Origin: Octopus vulgaris
Lineage: Eukaryota
DNA length: 64,000 nucleotides
Direction: 5' to 3'
Assembly (NCBI GenBank): GCA_951406725.2
Contig: OX597821.1
Location: 49,538,001 to 49,602,000 of the forward strand
How positions within the stretch are numbered: the first letter of the stretch is position 1; every line of letters starts with the position of its first letter. The notes under the pieces are model-generated. The model was not told the origin of the DNA. It searched no databases and worked only from the letters and a program-made list of their open reading frames with translations. The position numbers and the translations under genes were made by a program. Shown one piece after another: positions 50,775 to 63,789 of this stretch.

Positions 50775-51590
50775 TATCCGAAGGAGCAATATCTGGTGAA
50801 TATGGTGGCTGGGGTAACACATCCCAGCCGAGCTGCAGCAATTTTTGTCTGGTTCCCAAAGAAACGTGCAGTCTTGCATTATCATGTTGGAAAACAACAC
50901 CCTTCCTGTTGGCCAATTCTGGATGTTTCTCTTGAATTGCTGCTTTTAACTCATCCAGTTGTGTGCAGTATTTCTCAGAATTAATTGTCTGGTTACTTGG
51001 GAGCTCATAGTACAGAATTCCTTTCCAATCCCACCAGACACAAAGCAAGACTTTTTTAGGGTGAAGACCCACTTTTGGGGTGGCTAAGGGTGGCTTATGT
51101 CGCTTACTCCAGGATCACTTTCTCTGAACATTTCGGTAGATAATCCATTTCTCATCACCTGTCACAATTTGCGTTAAAAAAGGTGCGTTTTCATCCCGTT
51201 TATAAAGCGAATCACAGATGGAAATGCGATCCAAAAGGTTTTTCTCACTCAACTCACGTGGTACCCAAACATCGTAGTGATTTGTGTACCCAATCTTTAC
51301 CAGGTGCTCATGAATGACGGCTTTTGATAGGTTGAGGCTTTCTGCCAATTCTTGGGTTGTGCAATGTGGGTTATTCTCAATTAATGACTTGATTTGGTCA
51401 TCATCTGTAGTGGATGGTCTGCCTGATCGCTCTTTATCAATAAGGCTACAATCTCCGGCTTGGAACCTTGCGAACCACTTCCATACATTTCTTTCGGATA
51501 AAGAAACATGACTGTAAACTGTGCATTTTTCTTTGGTTACTTGTGAGGCATTTTTCCCTTTGTCGAAAAAGAAAAGCATATATATATATA
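50775..51590 (-). mobile_element. mariner DD34D transposase pseudogene (mellifera-like), both ends lost in (TA)n
   Basis: HTH..RSGRP, WVPREL, VTGDEKW, in-frame stop, HDNARLH, PPYSPDIAPSD. Confidence 0.92.
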
Positions 51591-51599
51591 TATATATAT

Positions 51600-52672
51600 A
51601 AGGGATTCTCTCATCAATTCCGATGTATGAAGCTCCAACAACATACTCTTTCTTTGTCAGTCATAATGCTTATGTTGAAGGTGACATTTAAGTCCCGCCA
51701 CCAATTTGCAAACAAGGCCACAAACATTGCAGTTATGAGGATTACAGGTCAGTGTTGATGATATATTTGCAGCCACTTTTCTCCTTTGCCTTGCATCCTA
51801 AAGCCTGTTAATGCTGGTTGCAACAAAGTTTTTAATTACCATTTTGACACAGCAATTTCCATTTTGGTCGTACCTTTGTTCACTCAAAGGTGTTGTGAGC
51901 AATCATCATCACTAAGAGATTACTCTTCAGCTTGTGCTTATATCTGAGGCATGGTCGACCAGCATTCCTGTGTCCACTCTCAAGCTGGCCATGCATGAGG
52001 ACTTTGGGTATTCTTTCATCACTCATTCTGATGACCTGGCAATTATTATTGTATAAGGAAACTCTCAATTCCACCAATCTTATGCTTGCTATACAAGTTG
52101 GCATTAGAATCTTTGTCTTTTAGTGAATAACTGCAGATTGTCCTCAGACAGTCTTTGTAGAAGATGTCTAGTTGGTTAATGCATCATCTATGGGGTATCC
52201 ACGATTCTGAGCCATACAAGAGAGTAGTAAGAATGGCTGCTTTATAGACCTGTACTTTGGCATCAAGTTTGATGCCCCTTTCATTCCATAGGTGATGACA
52301 GAATTTTGCCAAATGTGTTGACTGCCTTTGCAAGATGCTTGATGATTTCATCATCAAGGGAAGCACACAAGTTCACTTTACTACCAACATATGGAAATGA
52401 CATCACATAATTTAGGTTTTTCCCATCAACCTGTATAGGAGTATCAGGAAAATTGTGAACCAGTAGCTTCTGCTTGACACCATGAATCTGTTTAGGAGTA
52501 GAGCAAGATTAGTGGATTACTTCCATCTTCTTTATACTGATGGCCAAACCAAAGGCTTTACATAGAGTAGAAAACCGATCTAGAAGTTCCTCAGCTTCCT
52601 CTGAAGAGGTCACTACAAGTGCAGCATCACCTGCAAAAAGTAGATCACGAATGATACTGGTGTGTAGCAGGG
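51600..52672 (-). mobile_element. RTE-BovB-like LINE 3' part
   Basis: LLFAGDAAL..FGLAISIKK..KVQVYKAAILTTLLYGSESW..RMSDERIPKVLMHGQL..GRPCLRYK..CNVCGLVCK..GLKCH. A small related piece lies at ~5480-5585. Confidence 0.85.
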
Positions 52673-52734
52673 CGTATATATATATATATATATGCAGTGT
52701 GTATGTGTGTATATATATATATATATAGGGAAAG

Positions 52735-52910
52735 TTTACAAAAAAAACAAAAGACGAAGACAGGTGGTGTACAAAACAAACAGATGTATTAGTATAATGC
52801 TCAGGAATAGAAAAAGTCTTTTACGTTTCGAGCCTACGCTCTTCTACTGAAAGGTACATAGAAAAAACAAGGAGAGAAAAAATGTGTGTAGTGGCTAATG
52901 ATCTATCATG
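52735..52910 (-). mobile_element. Probable Penelope-type terminal-repeat fragment with a degenerate minimal hammerhead-like motif
   Basis: Minus strand 52850-52822: tCAGTAGA-A-GAGC-gtag-GCTC-GAAAC-gtaa. Confidence 0.4.
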
Positions 52911-52979
52911 GGGTGTTGTAAATATAAGTGTTATGAGCATTGTGGGTGTAAGCATTACTGATGCTGCAGATATAAATGT

Positions 52980-53015
<36 letters not shown>

Positions 53016-53224
53016 AGTGGGCTGCTATCTGGTTTAGTTAGTCCAGGGATGGTGGGTGGGAGACAAAGGAAAGGGTGGCAAGATTACCAATATCAGATGA
53101 GAGAGGGGAAGGATAACTGGATGTCAGGTAACTGGATGATGATGATGATGATGATGGATGTCAGGTAAGAGAGATTTCTGGTATTGGTGGCAGGGGTGGG
53201 AAAGGGTGGATGGACACCAACCAT

Positions 53225-53625
53225 GGACACGGAAAAGAATTATTTTTGAGAAAAGTATGAAATATGTTATATACATGTAGCCAAGAAACAAAGTTAGTCA
53301 TTTTAGGTGCACAACAGACAAGAAAGAATTATTTTAGAGAATAGATGAGTTTCAATGAATGAGGCGATTAAAAAAACAAGAGAAATTCTTAGCTTAGCTG
53401 TACATATTTTCGAGAGTCATCAATCAGCCAAACACATGGAATAAGCTTACAAAAGTCTGAGTTAGAGGGGGGAGGGACAGGTGTGGAGGGGACAGCTAGA
53501 GATGGACAAAGATGGCAGACTTTGCCCTAAGCTAGAAGAGAAATAGCAGGGAGTAGCCATTGAAGCAAGAAATAAGAGAGATACAGATAGGAACGAAAGT
53601 ATTTTAGTGAACAGTTCGAAATACG

Positions 53626-53662
<37 letters not shown>

Positions 53663-53900
53663 GCAGTCAAGAAACAAGGGAAGGGATTGTTATTTTAGAG
53701 AGAAAGATTGCTATTTGGAAGTTATTTGATGAATTAATCGGTCATTTTAAGGGGTAGAGCAAACAAGAAAGAATTATTTCAGAGAAAAGTATGAAATATG
53801 TTATGTACATGCAACCAAGAATCAAGGTTAGTCGTTTCAAGGGCAGAACAAACAAGAAAGTATTATTTTAAAGAATAGCTGAGTTTGAATGAATGAGGCA
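53225..53900. repeat. Diverged direct repeats (~140 bp at ~53230 and ~53765) built from CAAGAAAGAATTATTTTAGAGAA sub-units
   Basis: gagaaaagtatgaaatatgttat...gaatgaggc occurs twice, about 530 bp apart. Confidence 0.7.
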
Positions 53901-54202
53901 ATATGTATTAATATATATACAAGCACATGCACACGCGCGCACACGCACACACTCATATGTTAATAAACTGATTATATTTGAACTAAAATCAATAGCAAGT
54001 TGACAAGAGCAGCTATGACTCAACAAGCTGTGATATTGGTCACTAAACAATTACAGTAGCTTCAACCTATGTCTTTGTACATCGTACAGATGATGACTAA
54101 CTGCTGGTAGGAGAGACATGTATAGTTAAACAGCTTTGTTTTTATGTGTGTGTATGTGTGTGTGTGTGTGTGTATGTACACTAAACAGGAGCAGGGATAT
54201 AT

Positions 54203-55260
54203 ATTAAGTTGGCTAAAAAGTCCATTCAGTTTTTTTTTTTATTAAGTGAAAATAAGACACGTTTTAAACAAAAAGCAATTTATAATTACTGTTTCATTCA
54301 AGTATCTCCTGCCATCTTGTGGGTAGATCCATTATTCCTTGCTCAAAGTGTTACCTGTCTTTAATGGAAGGTTTGTCCATTCAATAAATTTTTAAGAGAC
54401 TGAAACAAGTGGGAGTCTGAAAGCACAAAGTTATGCAAATATGGAGAGTGCAGCAAAACTTCCCAGCCAAGCCCCAGTATCTTCTGCTGCATCTGTAAAG
54501 AACTGTGCAGTCTGGCATTGTCAGGATAAAAGACAATGCCTTTATGATTAGCAAGCACTGGACACTTCTGGTGGATTGCTGCATTTAATTTTTGTCCAGC
54601 TGGTTGCAGTTAATATCCAAGTTGACAGATCTGTCTGTGGAAAGAAGCTCATAAAAGACAAAACCCTTCCAATCCACCAAATTGAAGGCATAACCTTTTT
54701 CAAGTGAAGTCCTGCTCTTGAGGTTGTTTGCAGTGATTTGCTGCACTTCTCCCATGACTGCTTGCACTTCACCATTCTCTACAGAAAAGGGTAATTTTCT
54801 TTATGTTTCTACAATGAATCACAGATGGAAATTTGTTGGGCAAGGTTATCCACATTCAATTGATGTAGGACCCTCACATTGAGCTTGCTAATGTATCTGA
54901 GTTGATGCAGATGGTTTTTCAACACTTAATTTGGATATTTGGAGAATATCTAGATCATCCTGGTCATGTAGCAGATGTTAGTGTCACTGTTAATCTCAGT
55001 TGGCCAGCCAGAGCAAAATGCATATTGAACCAAAAAATTTCCTTATTGAAATCTTGAAAACCACTTGACACATGTTCTGTAATAGTATCCTTTCCATCCA
55101 CAGGGAATATCTTCCTGCAGGTTTCTGCCACATTCTTGCATTTTTAAAATATAAAAGCATATGAAATTGATAATGTTCATTTTGTTTTTCCAATTTCAGG
55201 GTAATCTCTAATGCACAAAATACAACCTGTCTCATCACAAGTTCATGTCAAACTACTTTG
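54203..55260 (-). mobile_element. Older mariner DD34D element
   Basis: AGLHLKKVM..WWIG, YPDNARLH..HSPYLHNFVLSDSHLFQSL. TIR-like TTAAGTTGGCTAAAAAGT at ~54204. Confidence 0.8.
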
Positions 55261-56055
55261 AAGTGTCATGTATCTAAGGAGTGCATATGTGGAAGGAAAC
55301 TATTTCAAGCAATGTCTCTCCAACCACAGGTCCTCCTTCAGAGTTCTAGAAAGGAGATATGTAATATATATGTGTGTGCTAAAACATGTAACATGTATTT
55401 TCTTAACACCTGCACTTAAAATTGTTGGTTCTAACTGCTGCAATCAATATTTGATTCTCACAATCAGTGGAACTATACCCATGAAACACAGTCGTCAAAT
55501 TAAGTGCATGTACACTTAAAATTTTTTCTCAGGTTGCAAGAGAATATGCCCCAAAATTGTGAATATAGGCATTTTTGTATGCCTTTTTCCTCCTCATAGC
55601 ATTTTACAATTCTTATGACTGCCACATTGTCGCCTCTGTACTCCGGCCGTTTTTGTAAGTATAAAATCTCTTTTCCCTAAATAGTTTTTTGTTTACTTTT
55701 CAAACTTCTATGTTCTTTACAATTCCCTTCATGATGTTTCCATTGATTATATATTTGCCGCTTTCCAAACGATTGTCATTTTTCAACTCCACATGTATTT
55801 ATTTGTATTATTGTTTCATGAATGAATTTGCTTACACCTTCTGTTATCTGTCCTATGTCTTGATTTCATTTTTCGTCTGAGAGGAAATAGGCATTGGGAA
55901 TATCCTCATTCCAAGGTATTACTGGGTACCTCAGCTAGTATATATATAAGCCACGTCTTTCTATTTGAGTCTTTTGAAAATCAGTGCAAACTGTGAAACT
56001 GGTTAAAGCTTCAAATATTTTAATAAAAAATATTCTATTCTCAGTGCATTTTCAA

Positions 56056-56171
<116 letters not shown>

Positions 56172-56177
56172 TATATA

Positions 56178-56945
56178 CAGGGTGCGATGGGTAAATTGTC
56201 ATCATTTCATATTTTTAATTTCATGCATGTGCATTGTTTGTTTTTGATTTTGTTGAATACGCAGTATGGCAGGGCCAGTTGGGCACCATCTGTGAGAAAA
56301 ACAGCACCCATGGCTCAATTCACTCTGCCAGAAATTTGGAAACGACATGCTGTACTGCTTGGCATTTGTGTCAGAAGCTCCCATACGAACATTTCAGAGT
56401 ATTTGGATGTCAATCTGTTGATGGTGCAATCTAAGGACATGTATTGAGAATGATAAAATCAAACATCCAGTCAACATCATACTGTTTGGAGTGATCACTA
56501 GTGATGGCAACGTTATGCCTCCATTCATCTTCCCATACAGCCTCACACTCAACACAGAGGCCTACATCAAGTGCCTGGAGGGGGTAACACTACCCTCAGT
56601 CAAGATAGTGGCTGCTGGAAGACCCTACGTCTGGTAACAGGACCCTGCACCATGCTACACAAGTAGGAGTACCCAGTCATGGCTGTCAGACAAATTCTGC
56701 GACCACATCTCCCCTAACATCTGGTCACCTAACTCCCCAGACTGCAACCCCCTTGATTATAATGTATGGGGAGCAGTTGAGTGAGAGACCAACAAAACTC
56801 CATGCAACACCAAAGATGAACTGAAGGCAAGGATTATGGCAGCATTCACCAACTTAAACAAAAAGACTATCCAGAAGAGTTGCAGGAGATTCTAAAGTCA
56901 TCAGGAGGCCATGGTTGAAGCCAATGACGATTTTATTGAACAAAT
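56178..56945 (+). mobile_element. DD37D (maT-like) element, same family as 1-947, inserted in (TA)n
   Basis: TA|CAGGGTGCGATGGGTAAATTG left TIR. QDPAPC..WSPNSPDCNPLDY. Confidence 0.88.
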
Positions 56946-57298
56946 TGCCTAAATTCTGATGTTAAGTATAGTGATGCAAGATCCACATGAATAAGAGCTG
57001 GGTATAGGTAATGTATTGGTTGAGCTGATGTAGGTATAATCAAACAATTTATGAACAGGCAGTCTCATGATATTACATCATTTCATAACTTATTTTGTAT
57101 TGAAGATAAATATATAACTATATATAGAAATACAGCAGGAAACCTAGAAAGATCCAGAAGGTGAAAGTTCATGATGATTCAGGTGTAGACAGGTGCACTC
57201 CAAGATTAGATGAAAGAGAAGTTCTTAGTGTTAATTTCAGTTAGATAAATAAGTAAAATCAATGGTATCACATGTATGAAACTTGCCTGTAGTAGCTA

Positions 57299-58210
57299 CA
57301 AGATGGTATCAAAAAGTTCCCACACTAGTTATGTAGCACACCAACAGATGGTAGCACATGGTTGCATGTGCAGTGAGAGCTAGCATTGACCTTTATGAGG
57401 CAGGGTGCTGAGCAACATCACTGTGCTTACATTGCAAGTTGTGAAATTTGAGTTTTTGTGATCATGCATATGCTGTAGTCTGCAATTTTTGTCACGGACA
57501 GGAAGTTGGAACAAAGAGCCAATGTGAACTTTTGCATTAAATTTGGAAAGTCTGCTACAGAGACATTGAGCATGCTTCAGCAAGCTTACAGCAACAAGGC
57601 AATGGGCTGTATGCAATGTTTTGAGTGGTACAGGTGCTTCAAAAGCAGGACATCCCTGGAATATGATAAAAGATCTGGAAAACTTGCTATGAGCATCAGC
57701 CTGGAAATGTGAAGAAAATTCATCTGCTTGCACATGAGGATCGTCAGAGGATAATCACTGACATTTTGAAACATTTGAGAGAGGACATGCATTGAAAGCG
57801 ACCAATTCTGTGGAGCGTAAAGAATTGGATTGTTCATGATAAAAATGTACCCTGTCATCAAGCTCTCTTCATTCATGAGTTTCTCACCAAAAACAACATG
57901 GTGTTGCTTCCACACCCGCCCTATTCACTAGATTTAGCACCAGCAGTCTTCTTCTCTTCCCCAAGATGAAAATGCAGCTCAAAGGTTGCTGTTTTAAAAT
58001 TGTTGTTAAGGTCAAGAGTAAATCACAGAAAGTACTTGACTTGTTTATGGAAAATGACTTCCAAGCCAGATTCCAAAAATGGCAGGAAAGCTGGGACTGC
58101 CGTATTACTGTGCAAAGTGACTATTTTGAAGGAGATGATGTTAAAACTTAGGTAAATAAGTTCTTTTTTATTAAACATAACTAGTCCAGGAATTCTTTGA
58201 TACCACCGCA
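57299..58210 (+). mobile_element. Internally deleted mariner (DD34D) with both TIRs and TA flanks
   Basis: TA|caagatggtatcaaaaagttcccacactagt ... actagtccaggaattctttgataccaccgca|TA. EQRANVNFCIKFGKSATET, HPPYSLDLAP, YFEGD. Confidence 0.88.
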
Positions 58211-60659
58211 TATGTGAATATTGGCTACATCAGAAAGCTCTGAGTAGAAGCTATGTAGATTTTGGCTACAAACAAAATTTCAGAGTAGCAGCTGTGTAAA
58301 TTCTCAATTCTAAATGAAGAGAAGTATACCTAACATTTCTATATTAAATATTTTTATAGCTTGAGTGCGTGTGTGTGTGTGTGTGTGTGTGCGTGTGTGT
58401 GCATGTGTGTGTGTGCATGTTTGTCTGGGGAGTATGTGTGTGTAGTATGTATATCTATGTGTGGTGTGTGTGTGTAGTGGGTGTCTGGTGTGTATGTGTG
58501 TGTAGTGTGTGTATGTGTGGTGTGTGTGTGGTTTGTGAATGTGTGTTGCATGTTTAATGTGTATGTGTATTTATTGTGCTTGTGTAGTGTATGTTTGTTT
58601 ACTTATATGTTTGTGTGTGTGCTTATGCTTCTACTTGTCTAAATGCAGGTCTTGTTTATGTTATGTTCCTTTATGTCCTGTAATTTAGTGACAGCATAAA
58701 CAGAGACTGATAAAATAAATATAGCCATGTTGGGGCACTACATCAAATGTTGTGTCCCAGTATGGCTGCAGTCCAATAAATGAAATTTATAAGAGAATAA
58801 AACACTTGTAGTGCTACTGTATGGCCACACTGAAGGGCTGAAACCAGTAAAAGCCTCAAAGATATCTTTCCCCAATGAAGGACTCTGTCCAGGACATTGG
58901 CTCTCACATCCCACCACATCCAACAAACCTGTCTAGATTTGCCAATTTTATGAACTGAATCTTGCCAATGCACACCACATTTAATTAGTTTGAAGTCTGA
59001 CTTATTAAAGCCAAGCTCCAAATTAATTAATTGTGGTGAGTTTTGGCAAGAACCAGTCAATTAATTATATGATAATGAATTTATAGTATACAGTGCTCAG
59101 GAGCCCTACAACATGTCACAAAAGGTAAAAGAGAAGACAGAAAGCAGTCATAAATCAAGTAAAGAAAGACAGCAATGAAAGCTATAAGTAGATGTACAAT
59201 AACCAAATAAAATACAAAATAGAAAGTGAACAATAAAAGAGCCATAAAGAGGAAAGGGTTCATAGGCAAGTCAGTTACAGTGTTAGAGAATTTTGGAAAG
59301 CATGGTATTTTTGAAGGATATAACAAATACCACAAGTAATTTATGTTGGCAGCTAACAAATACCACAGGTAATTTATACAATACTTCAACAATTCTGAGC
59401 ATGTAGAATGTATCCAAAGTCATGAGTGCTGCAGTGCTTTTTTGATTATATAAGCATGTCAAAGAGTGGTAGAACTATTGAGCTACAAAATGTGGTCAAA
59501 GGTGTTAGCCAAAATTGTTGTTTGAAAGAACATGGCAATGGTGGTGGTAATGGGTTTCTCAAGTAAATCATGAAAAACTAAAGAAAGAACTCTTAAATAG
59601 TTAAAAGGACATGTTTTAATAAAAATTACTAATTTCAGTGAGTGGTGGGGGCTAAATCCCAAAATTCGATTTCAATACTTAAACAGGGAGAAAATATAGT
59701 CATACAAGAATGGTTTGGGACTGGAAAAATGTGATAAAATGTAAGAAATAGTTTTATGCATTTGAATGACAAAAAAGTTGAACTTTAATATAACTATTTG
59801 CTTTTAAATTAACAATTGTTAAGTGGTTCATAAATTTTTGTAGACAACCCTGAATAATACAAAATGGCTTTATACCTTGAGTGACAAAAGTGGTGTATTA
59901 TATTATGCAAAAAATATGCATTTTACATGAAAAATATGTTTTTGATGTGAAAAATTTTTCTTTCATATGGAGTAAATTGTATTTTAAAAACTAATTTGAT
60001 CTTTTATCTTTTATTTGTTTCAGTTATTAGACTGCAGCCCTGGTACTTATTCTATTGGTCTCTTTTTGCCAAACTGTTAAGTTATGGGGACATAAATACA
60101 CCGACACTGGTTATCAATCAGTGGTGGGGAATACCCATGCCAGCATGGACAACAGTCATTAAATGATGATGATCATCATCATAAGTGATTGGCTTCCTTC
60201 AGTTTCCATGTACCAAATCCACTTACAAAGCTTTGGTCAGCCCAAGGCTATAGCAAAAGACACCTGCCTAAGGTGCCATGCAGTGGGACTGAACCCAAAA
60301 CAATGTGGATAGGAAGCAAAATTCTTACTACACAGCCATGCCTGTTTGATTATATTAGACAGTATAAATGAGACTGAACCCAGAACCACGATCACTACTT
60401 ATATTCTTTGCTCAATGTTTTAGGCACTGAGCAATCCCTCTCTTTACCCTGTATGGATGGTGGGAATTGAAGTTGAGGTATCGTCCAGTGAAGGTCAGCT
60501 TCATGTATACGGATGTCCTGAATCCAATTGGACGTATTAATAACATGCACCAAGTAATAATAATAATGATGATGCTAACAACAACAACATCGAAAAATAC
60601 CTTAGAAATGAGAACCCAGGTTCAAAATTTCCCCAAGATACCTGATGAAGGCTGGTCAA

Positions 60660-60867
60660 ACTCTGGCTGGTGAGAGTTACTGCTGGATGGGATATTGTGT
60701 TTTCTTTTCCTTCCAGTAGTTTCACATAGCCAAGGCCTTATTTATCAGCTGTTGGATGGATTCCAATGTGCAGACACAATCAGAACATCAGCTGTGTTTC
60801 TTCCTGTCGGTCACAGCTTCATAGTTTCCATTGTAACTGTCTATGTCATGTCTTGTAGCCTTTATAG
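60660..60867 (-). mobile_element. maT-like remnant interrupted by the hAT insertion; resumes at 63798
   Basis: Aligns with 31905-32050, where the uninterrupted site reads cctttacagtgttcac. Confidence 0.75.
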
Positions 60868-62270
60868 CAGGGGTGTCAAACTCAATCACACAGGGAGCCA
60901 AATCTGAAAGCACACTTTAGGTCATGGGCCGAAGAGGATAAACATTTATTGAACAGTCTAAAACTTTTTGAACATGAACATGTATTGAAACAGCTAGTAT
61001 ATAATTTTATTCCAAAAATATATTAACTCTAACTTAAATTACTTAAAATATTTTGCTCTGCATAAAAATATCACCTGTCAAAATTATAAAAATTTAAAAT
61101 AAAAGCATGTTGCAAAATAAAAGACAATATAAATTTTTTAAATGTGCTTTTTAGTGAAAATTAAAATAATAAAGAAAACTTTCAATTTTCTTTATGCAAT
61201 TTTGTCTGAGTTATATACTTGGCATCTTTTCTTGGCAATGAGTTCATTGCAGTTTGGGACAAAGTTCTGTGTTGTTGAAACTCTCAGGATAGATTGCAGG
61301 TGTTCATCTGTGAGACGACTCCTATGTGACGTTTTATTCATCTTCGTCACAGAGAACAGCTGCTTGCACAGATATGTGCTTCCAAAGAAAGACAGTGTTT
61401 GAGCTGCATGTAAATGGAGCTGGGGCAATGCTTCAGGTGTGAAGCAAGTGAATTGTGCAGGCCCCACAGAGTTGTACTTTGCTTTTAATGTCCCATTACA
61501 CTTAAGTTCTATCAGTTCCATTTGAATCTGTGCAGTTTTCACACTGATGGCAAATAGGTTGTGAAGCAGCTCAAAATTATTTTTCTGCGCTTCAAAGTCA
61601 CTAAAGCACTGTGCAAATTCAGTATGGAGCACACTCAATTGATCAGCGAAGTGTTGCTTTAGGAACACCATGGCACTGACTTCGCTCGGTATTACTTGGA
61701 AACAGGGAAAGTGAAACAAGTTCAATTGGTGTATTGGTGTCTTCCATAAACGCAGGTTCACTTGAAATGCCTTTACTGCATCATACATATCACAGATCAT
61801 GTGATCCCGCCCCTGGAGATGGATATTTCAAACATTGAGATATGCAGTTATGTCAACCAGAAACACCAACTCACATTTCCACTTTTCATCCAGCAGAACT
61901 TTGGATTCATTTCCTTTACTGTCCATGAACTGACATCATCATCATTATTCGACCGTGGTCGAGACAATGGAATTTACCATGCTACGCCAGACTTCACGGT
62001 CCATCATAACATTACGGAGGTCAGAACTGACATATCTCCTCAACCAGCTCAAAAACTATATCAAGGACCTTTCTTCAACTGAGCCACCGCACCTCCATAT
62101 TATAAGGCACGTCACCGAACTCTGAATGCATTTCCCACAGGTAAGACTGGAATTGGCAATGATTTAACCCTTTTTTCTCGAACAAAGTTTACTGTTTGCA
62201 TTACAGTGCTCGTTACATGTTCCATTTTTAAGACTTTATCGCTCAGCATTTCCTGGTGTATGATGCAGTG

Positions 62271-62313
<43 letters not shown>

Positions 62314-63789
62314 TGTGTACAGTGCTCAGGTGCACTACAACTCATCTAAAAAAAAATATTTTTTTTGTTCAATAAATAATTTATTTAGGAATGATAAAAT
62401 TTCTAGTGAGTGATGCAGCTTAATTATGTTGTCAACTTGCCAGCGCAGTTCTCTTCATGCATCTTTAAATGTATCCTACCCACTAGTCCACTTTTTTCGC
62501 CACACATCGCTGGTGCTCCAACTGTTGTAAATCCAACAAGTTTGTCCCAAGGTAATTTTATGTCAGTTACACTCTGACATATTTTTCAAAAAGGTCCTTT
62601 CCTGTTGTTGTCCCATGCATTGATTTAATATCCAAAATTTCCTCCACAGAGAACAAATCGGAGTCCAATCCACATATAAAAATAGCTAGCTGTGCTGTAT
62701 CAGTCGTGTCAATAGTCTCATCCACAGCAACAGAGTATGCAACAAATTTTTTTCCTTTTTCAATCAACTGTATTTTCAAATCAGTGGCCATCTCACACAC
62801 CCGATCAGCAACTGTATTTCTGCTAATACTCACATTAGCAAACAGTTGCTTCCTGTCTGGACACAAAACATTATACATTTTCTTCACGCAACTCTTCTCA
62901 AACTCTCCTTTGGTAAATGGCCAGGCTGATTTTGTGATCTCCTCTGCCACAACAAAACTTGCTTTACCAGCAGCTTCACTTTGTAATTTTGCTTTGGTTA
63001 AAAAAGCCTGTTGTAATGTGAGATCCCTCTTCAACTCATGCAACTTTCGTTGCTTCTGCTCAACAGCAAGCTATTTATACTTGTCCTGATATTTTGTCTC
63101 ATAGTGGTGTTTGAGATTATACTTTTTAAGTACAACAACATTAGCACCACAATTAAGACACACGGGTTTACCATCAATGTCAGTAAACATGTACTCGGTT
63201 TCCCACCAAATTTGAAAGGCTCTGCTTTCAGCATCGAATTTTCTCTTGACCATTAATATAGATAGCTACTATTACTGAATGACATCACGTAAAAATGATC
63301 GCCCGAAAGAGCAGTAAGGTGGCTGTTGCAGTGCATTATAGAATAAGTAGATTTTGCGTCATCAATGCTTCACAACGCAATTAGAGAATCAAAGGAGGCA
63401 TTTCCCAGCATGCTTTGTTACAGTTACAATTGAGACTTGTGATTGCGTTATCATACCTCTTTAATGTGCTTTTTTGTACAGACAGGGTGTAATAGTTACA
63501 GTGTTGTTTCTAGTCATGTATTAAATTATTGCTACTTTTGGTGACACCCTTAGTAAGAAAAGTAGTGCAGTCAGTCCTATATATAATGTAATGGCCTGCT
63601 TTTGCCACACACTATGTATGTGTAGTTGTAACAAGAAGGCATGGGTGTTGCTGGGGGCAGCAAAGTACTCTATTTGCTGATGCCACCATTTGGACCAATT
63701 TCATACTGATATCAAAATGGTCTTGCAGGCTGGATGAAATTGCTGCATGGGCCGGAAGAGGCCTGCAGGCCAGGAGTTTGACATGTCTG
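60868..63789 (-). mobile_element. Full-length (2922 bp) hAT transposon, Buster/Charlie (SPIN/GTF2IRD2-like) type, transposase pseudogenised
   Basis: TIRs CAGGGGTGTCAAACTC and GAGTTTGACATGTCTG. 8-bp TSD CTTTATAG at 60860-60867 and 63790-63797. Minus ORF pieces 63253 to 61192: KPVCLNC..LKHHYETK (BED-like), AVDETIDTTDTAQLAIF, FGSTYLCKQLFS..HRSRLTDEHL. Confidence 0.95.

Noticed and set aside
50680-51579. SETMAR-like domesticated gene
   Set aside because: In-frame stop, truncated ends and no SET exons; an ordinary mariner relic.
61192-63253. GTF2IRD2/ZBED-like host gene
   Set aside because: Multiple frameshifts and an insertion; intact TIRs and TSD show it is a transposon copy.
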